From positions 1 to 59,870 of the forward strand of contig JBBAWG010000004.1 in NCBI GenBank assembly GCA_040397305.1: a DNA stretch of 59,870 nt, read 5' to 3'. The DNA comes from Candidatus Methylacidiphilales bacterium. Lineage in GTDB: Bacteria; Verrucomicrobiota; Verrucomicrobiia; Methylacidiphilales; Verrucolacustridaceae. A program made the translations under genes and the position numbers. The notes under the pieces are model-generated. The model saw only the letters and a program-made list of their open reading frames with translations, was not told where the DNA came from and did not search any database. Numbering within the stretch: the stretch's first letter is position 1; each line of letters starts with the position of its first letter. This document shows, piece after piece, positions 1 to 8,638 of this stretch.

Positions 1-480
1 ACCCTGAAGATCGTGCCGGCGGCCGGGGGAAACATGTTTGCCGCTGATTTCCTGGTGGATCTTCGCCACAACACCGGCAGCTCGCTAAATGACCCGCTGG
101 GCACCTACCGCAGTGTGAATTTGTTCCAGGATCTGGCGGCCGGGGCGGATCCGTTTCAGTTTGGCAGCGTGGCGAATGGGATCGAGATCCGCTTGAAAGA
201 TTCCTACGCCCTGCGGTTGCGGGACTTTGCCGACTACAACTCCACCGCGGTGCTAACGGGTGATTGGCAGGCCTACGAGGCCCTCGACCCGCTGGGGCAA
301 ATCGATCCGAACGGGGTGTGGGGGCTGTTTGTCAGCGATACCTCCATCGGGGGCGCAGGGGTCCTGACCGAGTGGACCGTCACCCTGACGGCGATTCCGG
401 AGCCGACATTTTCACCCGGATTGCTCATGGCCATCGGGGCGGTGCTGGGAATGTGGAGGAGGAAACGTTCGGTTAGGTAG
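1..480 (+). CDS. PEP-CTERM sorting-domain surface protein (5'-truncated by window), P-domain-like C-terminal region
   Basis: Frame is open from base 1; ends IPEP + hydrophobic TM + RRKR; 'DPNGVWGLFVSD..G..G.L.EW.V' resembles a proprotein-convertase P-domain. Confidence 0.85.
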   Translation, partial: TLKIVPAAGGNMFAADFLVDLRHNTGSSLNDPLGTYRSVNLFQDLAAGADPFQFGSVANGIEIRLKDSYALRLRDFADYNSTAVLTGDWQAYEALDPLGQIDPNGVWGLFVSDTSIGGAGVLTEWTVTLTAIPEPTFSPGLLMAIGAVLGMWRRKRSVR

Positions 481-561
481 GGTCCGTCGTCCCGACGGGC
501 CATGCGGTAAGATTTAAATTTTCAATGGTCACCATGGTTCGTCCGGAGGACGAACCCTACC
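476..561. repeat. Inverted pair of GTAG-type REP hairpins (REPIN-like)
   Basis: 476-501 GGTAG-GGTCCGTCG-tcc-CGACGGGCC; 536-561 reverse complement GGTAG-GGTTCGTCC-tcc-GGACGAACC. Confidence 0.8.
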
Positions 562-579
562 GGGCGCCCGTATCGGGGC

Positions 580-1050
580 TTACGCCAGTTTCGGAATGAG
601 GTGGCGGAAGGTGGGGAGAAAATCGGGGGAGGCGGCTTTGCCCTCGAGGGGCTCGGACCGGCCACGGAAAATGGCACCTTCCGAGACGATGAATTTGCCG
701 GCGCGGACATCGCCGTAAAGCTGGGCCTGGTCGCAGACCTCGACGGTATCGGTGGCGGAAATGTTGCCGTGCATCTTGCCATGCAGGACCACCTTGGCGG
801 CCTGGACATTGCCCTTGAGGACTGCCTCGGGCCCGATCAGCAAGGTGCCGGTGGAAATGATCTCGCCTTCAAAGGTGCCGTTGAACTCCAAGTTGCCGTC
901 GAAGGCGAGGGAGCCTTTCAACTCCACTTGGTCGGTGATGATGGCGCCGCCCCGAGAGCCGCCGCTTTTTGTGCGCGGTGTGGACTCCGGGTAATTCCCC
1001 GCAGACCCACCTGGCAAATCCTCTTTGGTTCCATTGGCTAAACCGAACAT
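580..1050 (-). CDS. Bactofilin (polymer-forming cytoskeletal protein, CcmA family)
   Basis: Beta-helix pattern 'ELKGSLAFDGNLEFNGTFEGEI..TGTLLIG..AVLKGNV.A..VV..G...GNI.A...GAIFRG'. Confidence 0.9.
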   Translation of the reverse strand: MFGLANGTKEDLPGGSAGNYPESTPRTKSGGSRGGAIITDQVELKGSLAFDGNLEFNGTFEGEIISTGTLLIGPEAVLKGNVQAAKVVLHGKMHGNISATDTVEVCDQAQLYGDVRAGKFIVSEGAIFRGRSEPLEGKAASPDFLPTFRHLIPKLA

Positions 1051-1130
1051 TATTTTATATTAAAACGTAAAAAGTCTAAGGAACAATACCGAGCGCTCGG
1101 TATTTTTTGATGTAACTTAGCATTATAAAA

Positions 1131-3152
1131 ATGAAGCACTTGAGTCCTTGGGCCAAACCTAGATCGGTTCAGACCAAAAAAGGACGTCTTTCCTCTGCCT
1201 CCGCCGCTCATGGGGCTTGGGATGACGAGCCTTTCCGCAGGTTTTTTAAAAAATCGCCGATTCCGATGGTCATTGATGACATTCACCAAAGCCGGCGCCT
1301 GGGAGTTTGCCTTGAGGTGAACGAGGCCTTCGAAAAACTGTTCGGATACACCCTCAGGGAGACCCGCAACCTAAACCATTGGTTTCGCCGCGCCTTTCCC
1401 GAGCCAAAGTACCGCAAAAAAATCATCCAGGAGTGGCTGCGGGATATCCGTTGGGCTCGCCGAAACGGCGGGGTCATGCCGGTGGTGGAAGACCGGGTGC
1501 GGACCAAGGACGGCCGGGAACTGGTCGTGGAGGTCGGGGGAGTCATCCTAGGGGATTGTCTTTTGACGACCTTTGTGGACCGCACCAAGAGAATCAAAGC
1601 CGAGCAGCAGTTGGCCCAAAGCGAGGCCATGTTCCGGATGATCTTCGAGAAGATGCCCACTCCCGCCGCCCACGTGGATTTCGGCGAAAAGGATTACGGG
1701 AAAAACCCGGTCTTTTTCATGAACCAGGCGGTCCACCGGGTGTTCGGCTACGGAAGGAAAGAGCTGCCTAACGTGGAGGCCTGGATGAAAAAAGCCTATC
1801 CGGATCCCAACTACCGCAAGGAGATGCACGACAAATTTTTTGGCCAGGTTGCCCGACTGAGGAACGTGGGCGACATCATGGCGCCGATGGAGTTCCGGAT
1901 GCGCTGCAAGGACGGCAGCGAAAAACAGATGCTCTGGACCGGTTTCAAGATGCCCCGCGGTTTTTTTGCGCTTTCCACGGACCTGACGGAGATGCGGCGG
2001 GCCCAGAAGGAACTGGGCCAAAGCGAAATGAAATTCCGCCAGTTCTTCGAACAATTGCCGCTGCCGGCCGTGCACGTGGAGTTTGGGAAAGCGCACGAAA
2101 AGAACCGTTTTCTGGGGATGAACCGGGCCTTTCAGGAAAAGTTCGGCTACAGCGCCAAGGAGTTGCGCACCCTGGGGGACTGGCTCAAGCGCGCCTATCC
2201 CGATCCGAAGTACCGCCGGGAGGCCAACGAGATCTGGTTCCGCGCGGTGGCGGAATCGGTGAAGACCGGGGATTTTATCCAGCCCCATGACTACCGGATG
2301 AGACGCAAAGACGGAAAGGAGCTGATTGTGGCCACCACGGGCGTCCTTTTGGAAAAGAGCATGCTGGTGGTGGGGCTGGACCGAACGGATCTCCGGGCCG
2401 CAGAGGCGAATATAAAAAAGATGGCCCGGGAGGGAGCGGAGAGGCTGCAGCAAAAGCTGCAGACCAGCGTGGTGGCTTCCGCGGTGGCCCATGAGGTGAA
2501 CCAGCCGCTCAGCGAGATCCTGATAAAAAGCCAGCTGGCCCTGCAGCAGGCGGAGTCCCATCCCCAGCTTTCCGAGGGCCTGAAAAACACGCTCCGGAGC
2601 CTAGTGGAGGATTCGCAGCGGGTGGAAAGGACGATCGAGCGGATGCGAGCCCTCCTCCGCAACGTGCCGATCCAGCGGGTACCCCTGGATTTGCGGGAGG
2701 TGGTCGACAGCTCGCTCCTTTACCTCCGACGGCCCTTGGAGGATGCCGGTATCGCGGTCGAGGCCCGGGTGCCGTCCCGGACGGTCCGGATCTCCGGCGA
2801 CTCCAGCCAGCTGCAGCTGGCGGTTTCCAACCTGGTCCGCAACGCGAAGGAGGCCATTGAGGAGAGCCGGGCTGTGCTGCGGAAGATCCGAATCCAGCTT
2901 TCTGCAAACTCCACCCACGCGGAGATTTCCGTCATGGACAGCGGTCCGGGCCTGGCTGCAGAGCTCCGTAACGAGGTTTTTGCCCTGCTGACATCCCATC
3001 GCCCCAAGGGCACGGGCCTAGGTTTGTACCTCGTTCGAACCACCGTGGTGAACCACGGGGGAGAGATTCGGCTGGAGGAGTCCCCGCTGGGCGGGGCTCA
3101 TTTTAAAATCCGGATTCCCCTGGAAAAGGAAGAAGAGAAAAAAACAAAATGA
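1131..3152 (+). CDS. Cytoplasmic sensor histidine kinase with three PAS-like repeats
   Basis: H-box AHEVNQPL, N-box NLVRNA, G boxes DSGPG and KGTGLGL; three repeats of W...A(F/Y)P(D/E)P.YR...R.KDG; start uncertain. Confidence 0.9.
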   Translation: MKHLSPWAKPRSVQTKKGRLSSASAAHGAWDDEPFRRFFKKSPIPMVIDDIHQSRRLGVCLEVNEAFEKLFGYTLRETRNLNHWFRRAFPEPKYRKKIIQEWLRDIRWARRNGGVMPVVEDRVRTKDGRELVVEVGGVILGDCLLTTFVDRTKRIKAEQQLAQSEAMFRMIFEKMPTPAAHVDFGEKDYGKNPVFFMNQAVHRVFGYGRKELPNVEAWMKKAYPDPNYRKEMHDKFFGQVARLRNVGDIMAPMEFRMRCKDGSEKQMLWTGFKMPRGFFALSTDLTEMRRAQKELGQSEMKFRQFFEQLPLPAVHVEFGKAHEKNRFLGMNRAFQEKFGYSAKELRTLGDWLKRAYPDPKYRREANEIWFRAVAESVKTGDFIQPHDYRMRRKDGKELIVATTGVLLEKSMLVVGLDRTDLRAAEANIKKMAREGAERLQQKLQTSVVASAVAHEVNQPLSEILIKSQLALQQAESHPQLSEGLKNTLRSLVEDSQRVERTIERMRALLRNVPIQRVPLDLREVVDSSLLYLRRPLEDAGIAVEARVPSRTVRISGDSSQLQLAVSNLVRNAKEAIEESRAVLRKIRIQLSANSTHAEISVMDSGPGLAAELRNEVFALLTSHRPKGTGLGLYLVRTTVVNHGGEIRLEESPLGGAHFKIRIPLEKEEEKKTK

Positions 3153-3748
3153 AACATCGCTGCGTGATCGTTGAGGACCAGACCATGGTGCTCCAGCTGC
3201 TGGCGGGAATGGTGCGCAACAGCCCCGGGGTGGATCTGGTGGGAACCTTTTCCCGCGTGAAGGACGCGACGGACTACTGTGGCAGGCATGCCGTGGACCT
3301 GCTGATTCTGGATCTGGAGCTGCCCGACGGGCACGGCCTGTCCGTCCTCAAGGCGGCCACGGCCAAAAATTCACGGACCAAGGCGATCGTCCTTTCCGGT
3401 CACGCCAGTGCGTTTGTCTGCCCGGGGGAGTTACGCCCCCAGGTCCGGGCGGTGGTGGACAAGACCCAGGCCTACGGAAGTCTTCAAAAAGAAATCGCCG
3501 ATATTGTTCAGGCGGCAGCTCCGCGGCCGATCCCCATCAATCCGCAGGAGCTTTTGACGGCCCGGGAGTATGAAATCTTCTCGCTGGTGGGCCAGGGCCG
3601 GATGAGCAAGGAAATTGCGGAGGAACTAGGGATCGCCCTCCGGACGGTGGAAACGCATCGCAAGGCGATTTGCCGGAAGCTGAAGGTCAGCGGGCCAGAA
3701 CTGGTCCGTCAGGCGTCCGTGTATCTGCACACCAGCCTTTCCCGGTAG
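3149..3748 (+). CDS. NarL/LuxR-family response regulator
   Basis: Receiver VEDQ...LDLELPDGHG; LuxR HTH LTAREYEI...SKEIAEELGIALRTVETHR; ATGA overlap with kinase. Confidence 0.92.
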   Translation: MKHRCVIVEDQTMVLQLLAGMVRNSPGVDLVGTFSRVKDATDYCGRHAVDLLILDLELPDGHGLSVLKAATAKNSRTKAIVLSGHASAFVCPGELRPQVRAVVDKTQAYGSLQKEIADIVQAAAPRPIPINPQELLTAREYEIFSLVGQGRMSKEIAEELGIALRTVETHRKAICRKLKVSGPELVRQASVYLHTSLSR

Positions 3749-3814
3749 GTTTCGTTCTCCTCCCCAGCGGTCGGTATAGGCGGGGGATGTGCCGGGAGTT
3801 TAACGTAATCTTAA

Positions 3815-4123
3815 ATGACGGAGATGCCCTCGCGGCTGGTGTTCAATGCGAAAACCAACCACTTCGATCATGCCCGTGCACCCTATGAGGAACGGCTGAA
3901 GGCGCTGGCCATCCAGGAGAGGGCCCTTGGCAAGGATCATCCCAACGTCGCGATCACCCTCCTGATCCTGGGCGATGCCTGCAAGGCCGCCGGGGACAAC
4001 AAAAGTGCGCGGGACTTTTACGAAAAGGCCACCAAGATCCGCGAAATTCATTTCGCCGAATGGAGTGTCGAGGTGGCCGAGTGCAAAGAGAAGATCCGGG
4101 ATTTGAAGAAAAAGGAGTTATGA
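3815..4123 (+). CDS. Small tetratricopeptide-repeat protein
   Basis: TPR_10/12-like 'ALAIQERALGKDHPNVAITL..LG...GD...AR.FYEKA..IRE'; start uncertain. Confidence 0.7.
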   Translation: MTEMPSRLVFNAKTNHFDHARAPYEERLKALAIQERALGKDHPNVAITLLILGDACKAAGDNKSARDFYEKATKIREIHFAEWSVEVAECKEKIRDLKKKEL

Positions 4124-4278
4124 AACGAAGAAAAAAAACCAGCGCCCGTACCCCTAGGAAACGCCGGAAGAGCCGCGCGATCCGACCCAACCTTCGCAAC
4201 GGAACCGCCTCCTGCGGGCTTGGCGAGTGCCTGAGGAAGGCGATCCAGCCGGTGCTGAAGGCGCTGGGTTGGAAGTAA
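4120..4278 (+). CDS. Small basic hypothetical protein (52 aa)
   Basis: AAGGAG SD then ATG overlapping TPR stop (ATGA); MKRRKKTSARTPRKRRK...CGLGEC...LKALGWK. Confidence 0.5.
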   Translation: MKRRKKTSARTPRKRRKSRAIRPNLRNGTASCGLGECLRKAIQPVLKALGWK

Positions 4279-4313
4279 GAAGCACCAAGCCTTGGGCGTT
4301 CGATCGGCCACTT

Positions 4314-4366
4314 GGTGGAAGGCGGGAGGTGGAAGGAAATTCGGAATTCGGAATGCGGATTTTGGA
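4314..4366. repeat. 7-nt periodic intergenic repeat tract
   Basis: ggtggaa|ggcggga|ggtggaa followed by attcgga|attcgga|atgcgga|ttttgga. Confidence 0.7.
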
Positions 4367-4384
4367 AACTAATTTTCGCTGAAA

Positions 4385-4771
4385 TCAGCGGACGGTGGGG
4401 AGTTGGGGGAGGTGGGAGAAGTGGGCGTCGTGGGTGTAGAGGATCAGGCTGTGTTCCAGGGCGAGGGCGGCGATCCAGATGTCGTGAACCGGGATGGGCG
4501 TGCCCTGTTGGCGCAGTTGGGCGTAGAGCATCGCATAGTGATGGGTGGTGGCATCGGTGGAGTGGGCGGTGAAAACACCGGGTTGCTGGAGGAGCTTGGT
4601 CAGCAAGCGGGTCTGCTCGTCCCCGCGTTTGAGAAGCCGGGCCCCCACGCGGATTTCCGCCAAGACGACAAAAGGAATCCAGATCTGGACGGCGGCGTCC
4701 AGCCGATCGATCACCTCCGGATCGCCGGCGCAGTAGGCGATGAAACGGTTGCTATCGAGCAGCAGGCGCAC
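4385..4771 (-). CDS. vapC: Type II TA toxin, PIN-domain ribonuclease
   Basis: LLDSN...VLAE...HDIWIAA.ALEH...YTHDAHF: PIN acidic residues. Confidence 0.9.
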   Translation of the reverse strand: MRLLLDSNRFIAYCAGDPEVIDRLDAAVQIWIPFVVLAEIRVGARLLKRGDEQTRLLTKLLQQPGVFTAHSTDATTHHYAMLYAQLRQQGTPIPVHDIWIAALALEHSLILYTHDAHFSHLPQLPTVR

Positions 4772-4775
4772 AGGC

Positions 4776-5045
4776 CTATTTCCACTCTTCAGGATTCACA
4801 CGGTCTATTTCGGAAAGCACGTTGGCCCAGCCGGAGGTGTCGATGTCCCCTGTCGAAGGGAGAAGGTCACGCACGGAGCGGTATTTCAGGGGTTGTTCCC
4901 CCGTGCCCAGACCCCTCTGGATGGCCCGGAGGGCGGCCTGATTGAGGCTGATATCCTCCAGGGCAGCGGTTTCGCGAAGCCGATGATCGGTGGATGCAGG
5001 GATGTCCCGGATGGTGTACTGGGATTTACGTTTGGTTCTAGACAT
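4776..5045 (-). CDS. Putative ribbon-helix-helix antitoxin (FitA/VapB-like)
   Basis: QYTIRDIP...LRE.A.....SLNQ RHH pattern; directly upstream of vapC. Confidence 0.8.
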   Translation of the reverse strand: MSRTKRKSQYTIRDIPASTDHRLRETAALEDISLNQAALRAIQRGLGTGEQPLKYRSVRDLLPSTGDIDTSGWANVLSEIDRVNPEEWK

Positions 5046-5080
5046 GCAGGCAGAGTAGGCAATTTATGTAGGCATTTCAA
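5046..5080 (-). promoter_or_regulatory. Sigma70 leaderless promoter of the TA operon with TGCCTAC direct repeats
   Basis: TTGAAA-17 nt-TACTCT-6 nt-ATG; TGCCTAC x2 plus TGCCTGC overlapping the promoter. Confidence 0.65.
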
Positions 5081-5105
5081 TGGTGAATTTTAAGGTGTGG
5101 ATTTA

Positions 5106-5168
5106 GGTGAAAAGTGGAAGGTGGAAGGGGGCAGGATGCCTCGTGAACGTAAATGTGAAGGTGAACGG
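5106..5168. repeat. 7-nt then 6-nt periodic intergenic tract
   Basis: ggtgaaa|agtggaa|ggtggaa|gggggca then cgtgaa|cgtaaa|tgtgaa|ggtgaa. Confidence 0.6.
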
Positions 5169-5180
5169 AAGATTAAAAGA

Positions 5181-5882
5181 TCAGTCTGTTGGGATACCGG
5201 GTACGGTAAGTGGGTGGCCGTTGTCCTTGGGGCCGATTTTAAGGAGAAAAGGCACGGCTCTTTTGGCCCATTCTTCCGCGCTGGGGTAGTGGGAGGCGGA
5301 CTCCTTCCCAAAGCAGTCCTGCAGCATCTCCGTGTTGATGACGCCAGGATTGAGGGCCACGGCGGCCATGCCGCCAGGTAACTCCTGAGCGAGGGAGGCG
5401 GTCAGGCCTTCGACCGCGTACTTACTGGCGCAGTAGCCGGACACTTCCGGGGATGTGGAGCGACCCCAGCCGGAACTGAAGTTCACGATCACACCCTTCT
5501 TGGCCTTCACCATCGCGGGGAGAAAGGAGCGGAGAACATTGGCGAGTCCCTTCACGTTGACATCGATCACCCAGTTGAAGCGTTCGGCGGGAACTTTCCA
5601 GAGGGGCGCGTTGGGATGGATGACGGCGGCGTTGTTCAGCAGCAGGTCCGGGGCACCGTGAGAGGCGATCACCTTGGTGGCCCAGGTCTCAATGGCCGCG
5701 GCATCGGAAACGTCCACCACGGCAAAGGAGTGGGGAGCGGGAAACTCCTTCTGCAAGGCGGAGATCGCCGGGGCACTGCGGGCGCAGCCGATGACCGTAT
5801 GTCCGAGCGCGGCGAAGGAGCGAACCATGGAAAGGCCGAGGCCTTTCGAACACCCAGTTATCAAGATAAGGCGCGAGGGCAT
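5181..5882 (-). CDS. SDR family oxidoreductase
   Basis: TGCSKGLG, NNAA, catalytic YCASK. Confidence 0.92.
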   Translation of the reverse strand: MPSRLILITGCSKGLGLSMVRSFAALGHTVIGCARSAPAISALQKEFPAPHSFAVVDVSDAAAIETWATKVIASHGAPDLLLNNAAVIHPNAPLWKVPAERFNWVIDVNVKGLANVLRSFLPAMVKAKKGVIVNFSSGWGRSTSPEVSGYCASKYAVEGLTASLAQELPGGMAAVALNPGVINTEMLQDCFGKESASHYPSAEEWAKRAVPFLLKIGPKDNGHPLTVPGIPTD

Positions 5883-5889
5883 AGGACTA

Positions 5890-5920
5890 GATTAGGATTA
5901 AGATGAAGATTAAGAAAAAG
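5890..5920. repeat. 6-nt periodic intergenic tract (GATTAR/GATGAA family)
   Basis: gattaggattaagatgaagattaagaaaaag; similar tracts at 7582-7606, 18446-18458 and 37315-37343. Confidence 0.7.
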
Positions 5921-6706
5921 CTAGGAGTTGGAGGAAAACTGGAGGCAGAACCAGCGGCCGAGGCGGCCGCGACGGGTGAGGTGCCAGCCGAGTTTGCGGG
6001 CGGTGCGGATGACGCCATTTTCCTGGCCTTTGAGGATGCCCGAAAGGATCAGGGTCGTGCCGGCCCGGCGGTGGGCTTCCAGTCGGGGAAGTAGATGAAG
6101 AAGGAGATGGTCATAAAGGTTGGCCACAATCAGATTCGCTGGAGGGATCGAGTCACGCAGAACGTTCCGGATCCGAAAACAGACGCGGGTGCCGAGTCGG
6201 TTCAGTTTCAGGTTTCGCTGCGCCTCCTGTACGGCCAAGGGATCGCTGTCCCATCCCTCGACCTGCGCACCCATCCGGGCGGCGGCCAGGCCCAAGACGC
6301 CCGTCCCGCAGCCCAGATCCAGCACCCGGCAGGATCGGAGGCGTTGGCCGTGCTTCCGCATGAACTGGACGACATAGCGGAGGCAAAGGCGGGTGGTGGC
6401 GTGCTCGCCGGTTCCAAACGCCGGTCCGGCCCGGATCTGGAGACGGGGAATGCCCTTGAAGTCCTTCGGAAGGAAGCGGGCATCGCTGGTGACCACAAGG
6501 TCGTAGCTGATCCGGAGGTGGAAAGGGGACGATTTGCGTTGGAGAAGTTTCCGGATCCGACCCTTGAAGCGGGCCTGGAGTTTGCGCAGGGGCAGGATCT
6601 TGGGGGAGTAGATCTGGAGAACGGGAGGATGACCGGGGCGTTTGAGCTGGGCGGAAGGCAGTTCAAGCTTCGCGCTGGTTAGCGTGCGGGTTTCGAGGAC
6701 GTACAT
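5921..6706 (-). CDS. prmA: Ribosomal protein L11 methyltransferase
   Basis: AFGTGEHATT, VLDLGCGTG, VANL, LILSGI. Confidence 0.85.
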   Translation of the reverse strand: MYVLETRTLTSAKLELPSAQLKRPGHPPVLQIYSPKILPLRKLQARFKGRIRKLLQRKSSPFHLRISYDLVVTSDARFLPKDFKGIPRLQIRAGPAFGTGEHATTRLCLRYVVQFMRKHGQRLRSCRVLDLGCGTGVLGLAAARMGAQVEGWDSDPLAVQEAQRNLKLNRLGTRVCFRIRNVLRDSIPPANLIVANLYDHLLLHLLPRLEAHRRAGTTLILSGILKGQENGVIRTARKLGWHLTRRGRLGRWFCLQFSSNS

Positions 6707-6727
6707 GGCTCTGATGTTAAAAGGTTC

Positions 6728-6781
6728 GGTAGGGACGGGTCGATGACCCGTCCGCGGACGCCTCGGCGAGGCGTCCCTACC
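6728..6781. repeat. Inverted pair of GTAG-type REP hairpins
   Basis: GGTAG-GGACGGGTC-gat-GACCCGTCC and reverse complement GGTAG-GGACGCCTC-gcc-GAGGCGTCC. Confidence 0.8.
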
Positions 6782-6784
6782 AGA

Positions 6785-7576
6785 TCAGGCCAGCGTGGGG
6801 ACGGAGGCGAGGAGGCGTTGGGTGTAGGGATGGGAGGGGTGGCGGGTGATCTGTTCGGCGGTGCCCTCCTCGACGAGTTTCCCGTGTTCCAGGACGGCGA
6901 CCTGGTCGCTGACGTGCTCGATGACAGCGAGGTCGTGGGCGATGAAGAGGTAGGTGAGGCCGAACTGGTCCTGCAGGTCCATGAGGAGGTTGACGATCTG
7001 GGCCTGGACGGAGACGTCGAGGGCGCTGACCGGCTCATCGCAGATGATGAACTCGGGTTCCACGGCGAGGGCCCGGGCGATGCCGATGCGCTGGCGTTGG
7101 CCGCCGCTGAACTCGTGGGGAAAGCGGCGGGCGTGGGCGGGGTCGAGCCCCACGAGCTTCAGCAACTCGGCCACCCGGGCGGAGCGGTCGGAAGCAGACA
7201 TCTGGGGGAAGTGAATCTCGAGAGGTTCGGCCAGGATGGTGCCGATGCGGAGGCGGGGGTTGAGGGAGTTATAAGGATCTTGGAAGACCATCTGGATTTT
7301 TTTGCGGTAGGGGCGCAGGGCAGAGCCATCCAAAGAGGTGATTTCCTGCCCGTCGTAGGAGGCGGATCCAGAGGTGGGATCCTGGAGACGGACGAGGACC
7401 CGACCGAGAGTGGTTTTGCCCGAGCCGCTCTCTCCGACGAGGCCCAGGGTGGAGCCCTTGGCGATCTGGAGGGAGACGTCGTCCAAGGCCTTCACGACAC
7501 CAGTCTGGCGTTGGAGCAGGCCGGACTTCACCGGGAATTGGACGGACAAGTTACGGATGGAGACGAGGGGATTCAT
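6785..7576 (-). CDS. oppF: Oligopeptide/dipeptide ABC transporter ATP-binding protein
   Basis: [31 protein letters not shown]. Confidence 0.92.
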   Translation of the reverse strand: MNPLVSIRNLSVQFPVKSGLLQRQTGVVKALDDVSLQIAKGSTLGLVGESGSGKTTLGRVLVRLQDPTSGSASYDGQEITSLDGSALRPYRKKIQMVFQDPYNSLNPRLRIGTILAEPLEIHFPQMSASDRSARVAELLKLVGLDPAHARRFPHEFSGGQRQRIGIARALAVEPEFIICDEPVSALDVSVQAQIVNLLMDLQDQFGLTYLFIAHDLAVIEHVSDQVAVLEHGKLVEEGTAEQITRHPSHPYTQRLLASVPTLA

Positions 7577-7581
7577 GGTTC

Positions 7582-7606
7582 GATTAAGATTAAGATGAAG
7601 ATGAAC
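7582..7606. repeat. 6-nt periodic intergenic tract
   Basis: gattaagattaagatgaagatgaac. Confidence 0.65.
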
Positions 7607-7655
7607 AGGGGTGGTTAGTCATTTAGGCGTTAGTGATGGAGGGAAGTTTGGGTGT

Positions 7656-8501
7656 TCATTTTGCCAGAAGGGCGGAGCGGTCGATGGAGGCGAGGCGCTG
7701 CTTGTTTTGACCAAGCCGGGGGATGCAGTCCAGCAGGGCCTTGGTGTAGGGGTGTTGGGGGGCTCGGAGGATCTCCTTCACGGGTCCCTGTTCGACGAGT
7801 TTTCCGTCCAGCATGACGAGGACGCGGTCGGCGAAGTTGGCGACGATGCCGAAGTTGTGGGTGATCAAAAGGACTGACATGCCGAACTGTTTCCGGAGGT
7901 CGCGAAGAAGATCGAGGATCTGGGCCTGGATGGTGACGTCCAACGCGGTGGTGGGCTCGTCGGCGACGAGGAGGCGGGGTTTGCAGGCGAGGGCCATGGC
8001 AATCATGGCACGCTGCTGCATGCCGCCGGAGAGCTGGTGGGGGTAGTCGGAGGTACGCTTTTCGGGATCGCGGATGCCGACGAGCTGAAGGAGTCGAGCG
8101 ACCTCGGCGTTGAAGTCGGGGAGGTTGGGTTGATGAAGCTGGAGGGCCTCGCGGATCTGGAATCCGACGGAGAAGACGGGATTCAGGGAGGTGGAGGGCT
8201 CTTGAAAGATATAAGCGAGTTTACCGCCCCGAGCCTGTCGCAGAGTGGCCGCGGAGCAGGAAAGAAGATCGGTACCGTCCTCCCACTTGGCGGTGCCGGA
8301 GATGGAGCAGGCAGGAGGAGGCGGGGTGAGGCGGGCGAGGGCGAGGGCTGCGGTGGTTTTACCCGAACCGCTTTCGCCGACGACGGCCACGGTTTCCCCG
8401 GGCTCGATGGAGAAGGAGAGATTGTCGACGGCGACCACGGGCTTCGAGCCCGAGCAAAAGGAGACGGTCAGGTTTTGGACAGAGAGCAAAGGATGGCTCA
8501 T
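7656..8501 (-). CDS. oppD: Oligopeptide/dipeptide ABC transporter ATP-binding protein
   Basis: [31 protein letters not shown]. Confidence 0.92.
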   Translation of the reverse strand: MSHPLLSVQNLTVSFCSGSKPVVAVDNLSFSIEPGETVAVVGESGSGKTTAALALARLTPPPPACSISGTAKWEDGTDLLSCSAATLRQARGGKLAYIFQEPSTSLNPVFSVGFQIREALQLHQPNLPDFNAEVARLLQLVGIRDPEKRTSDYPHQLSGGMQQRAMIAMALACKPRLLVADEPTTALDVTIQAQILDLLRDLRKQFGMSVLLITHNFGIVANFADRVLVMLDGKLVEQGPVKEILRAPQHPYTKALLDCIPRLGQNKQRLASIDRSALLAK

Positions 8502-8524
8502 AGGGGAATTAGAGGATATGGGCT

Positions 8525-8548
8525 GTTCGTTTACGATTACGTTTACGG
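8525..8548. repeat. 6-nt periodic tract (CGTTTA family)
   Basis: gttcgtttacgattacgtttacgg; relatives at 5142, 13551-13617 and 25541-25570. Confidence 0.65.
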
Positions 8549-8638
8549 AGTCATCCGATCATCGGCCGGGCAGTCGGCCCTGCTTCGTCCTTAACGATTT
8601 CGCAGGGTTCGTCGATGAGAATGAGGAGTAGAGGATAT

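Noticed and set aside
3787-3888. Possible frameshift joining a short Cys-containing ORF (MCREFN...GDALAAG) to the TPR gene
   Set aside because: Only weak similarity to a TPR helix and no slippery site; cannot be supported
4314-5168. Possible CRISPR array or integron attC sites among the short repeats
   Set aside because: No constant 25-45-nt repeats with unique spacers, no cas or intI gene, and no clear RYYYAAC...GTTRRRY pairs
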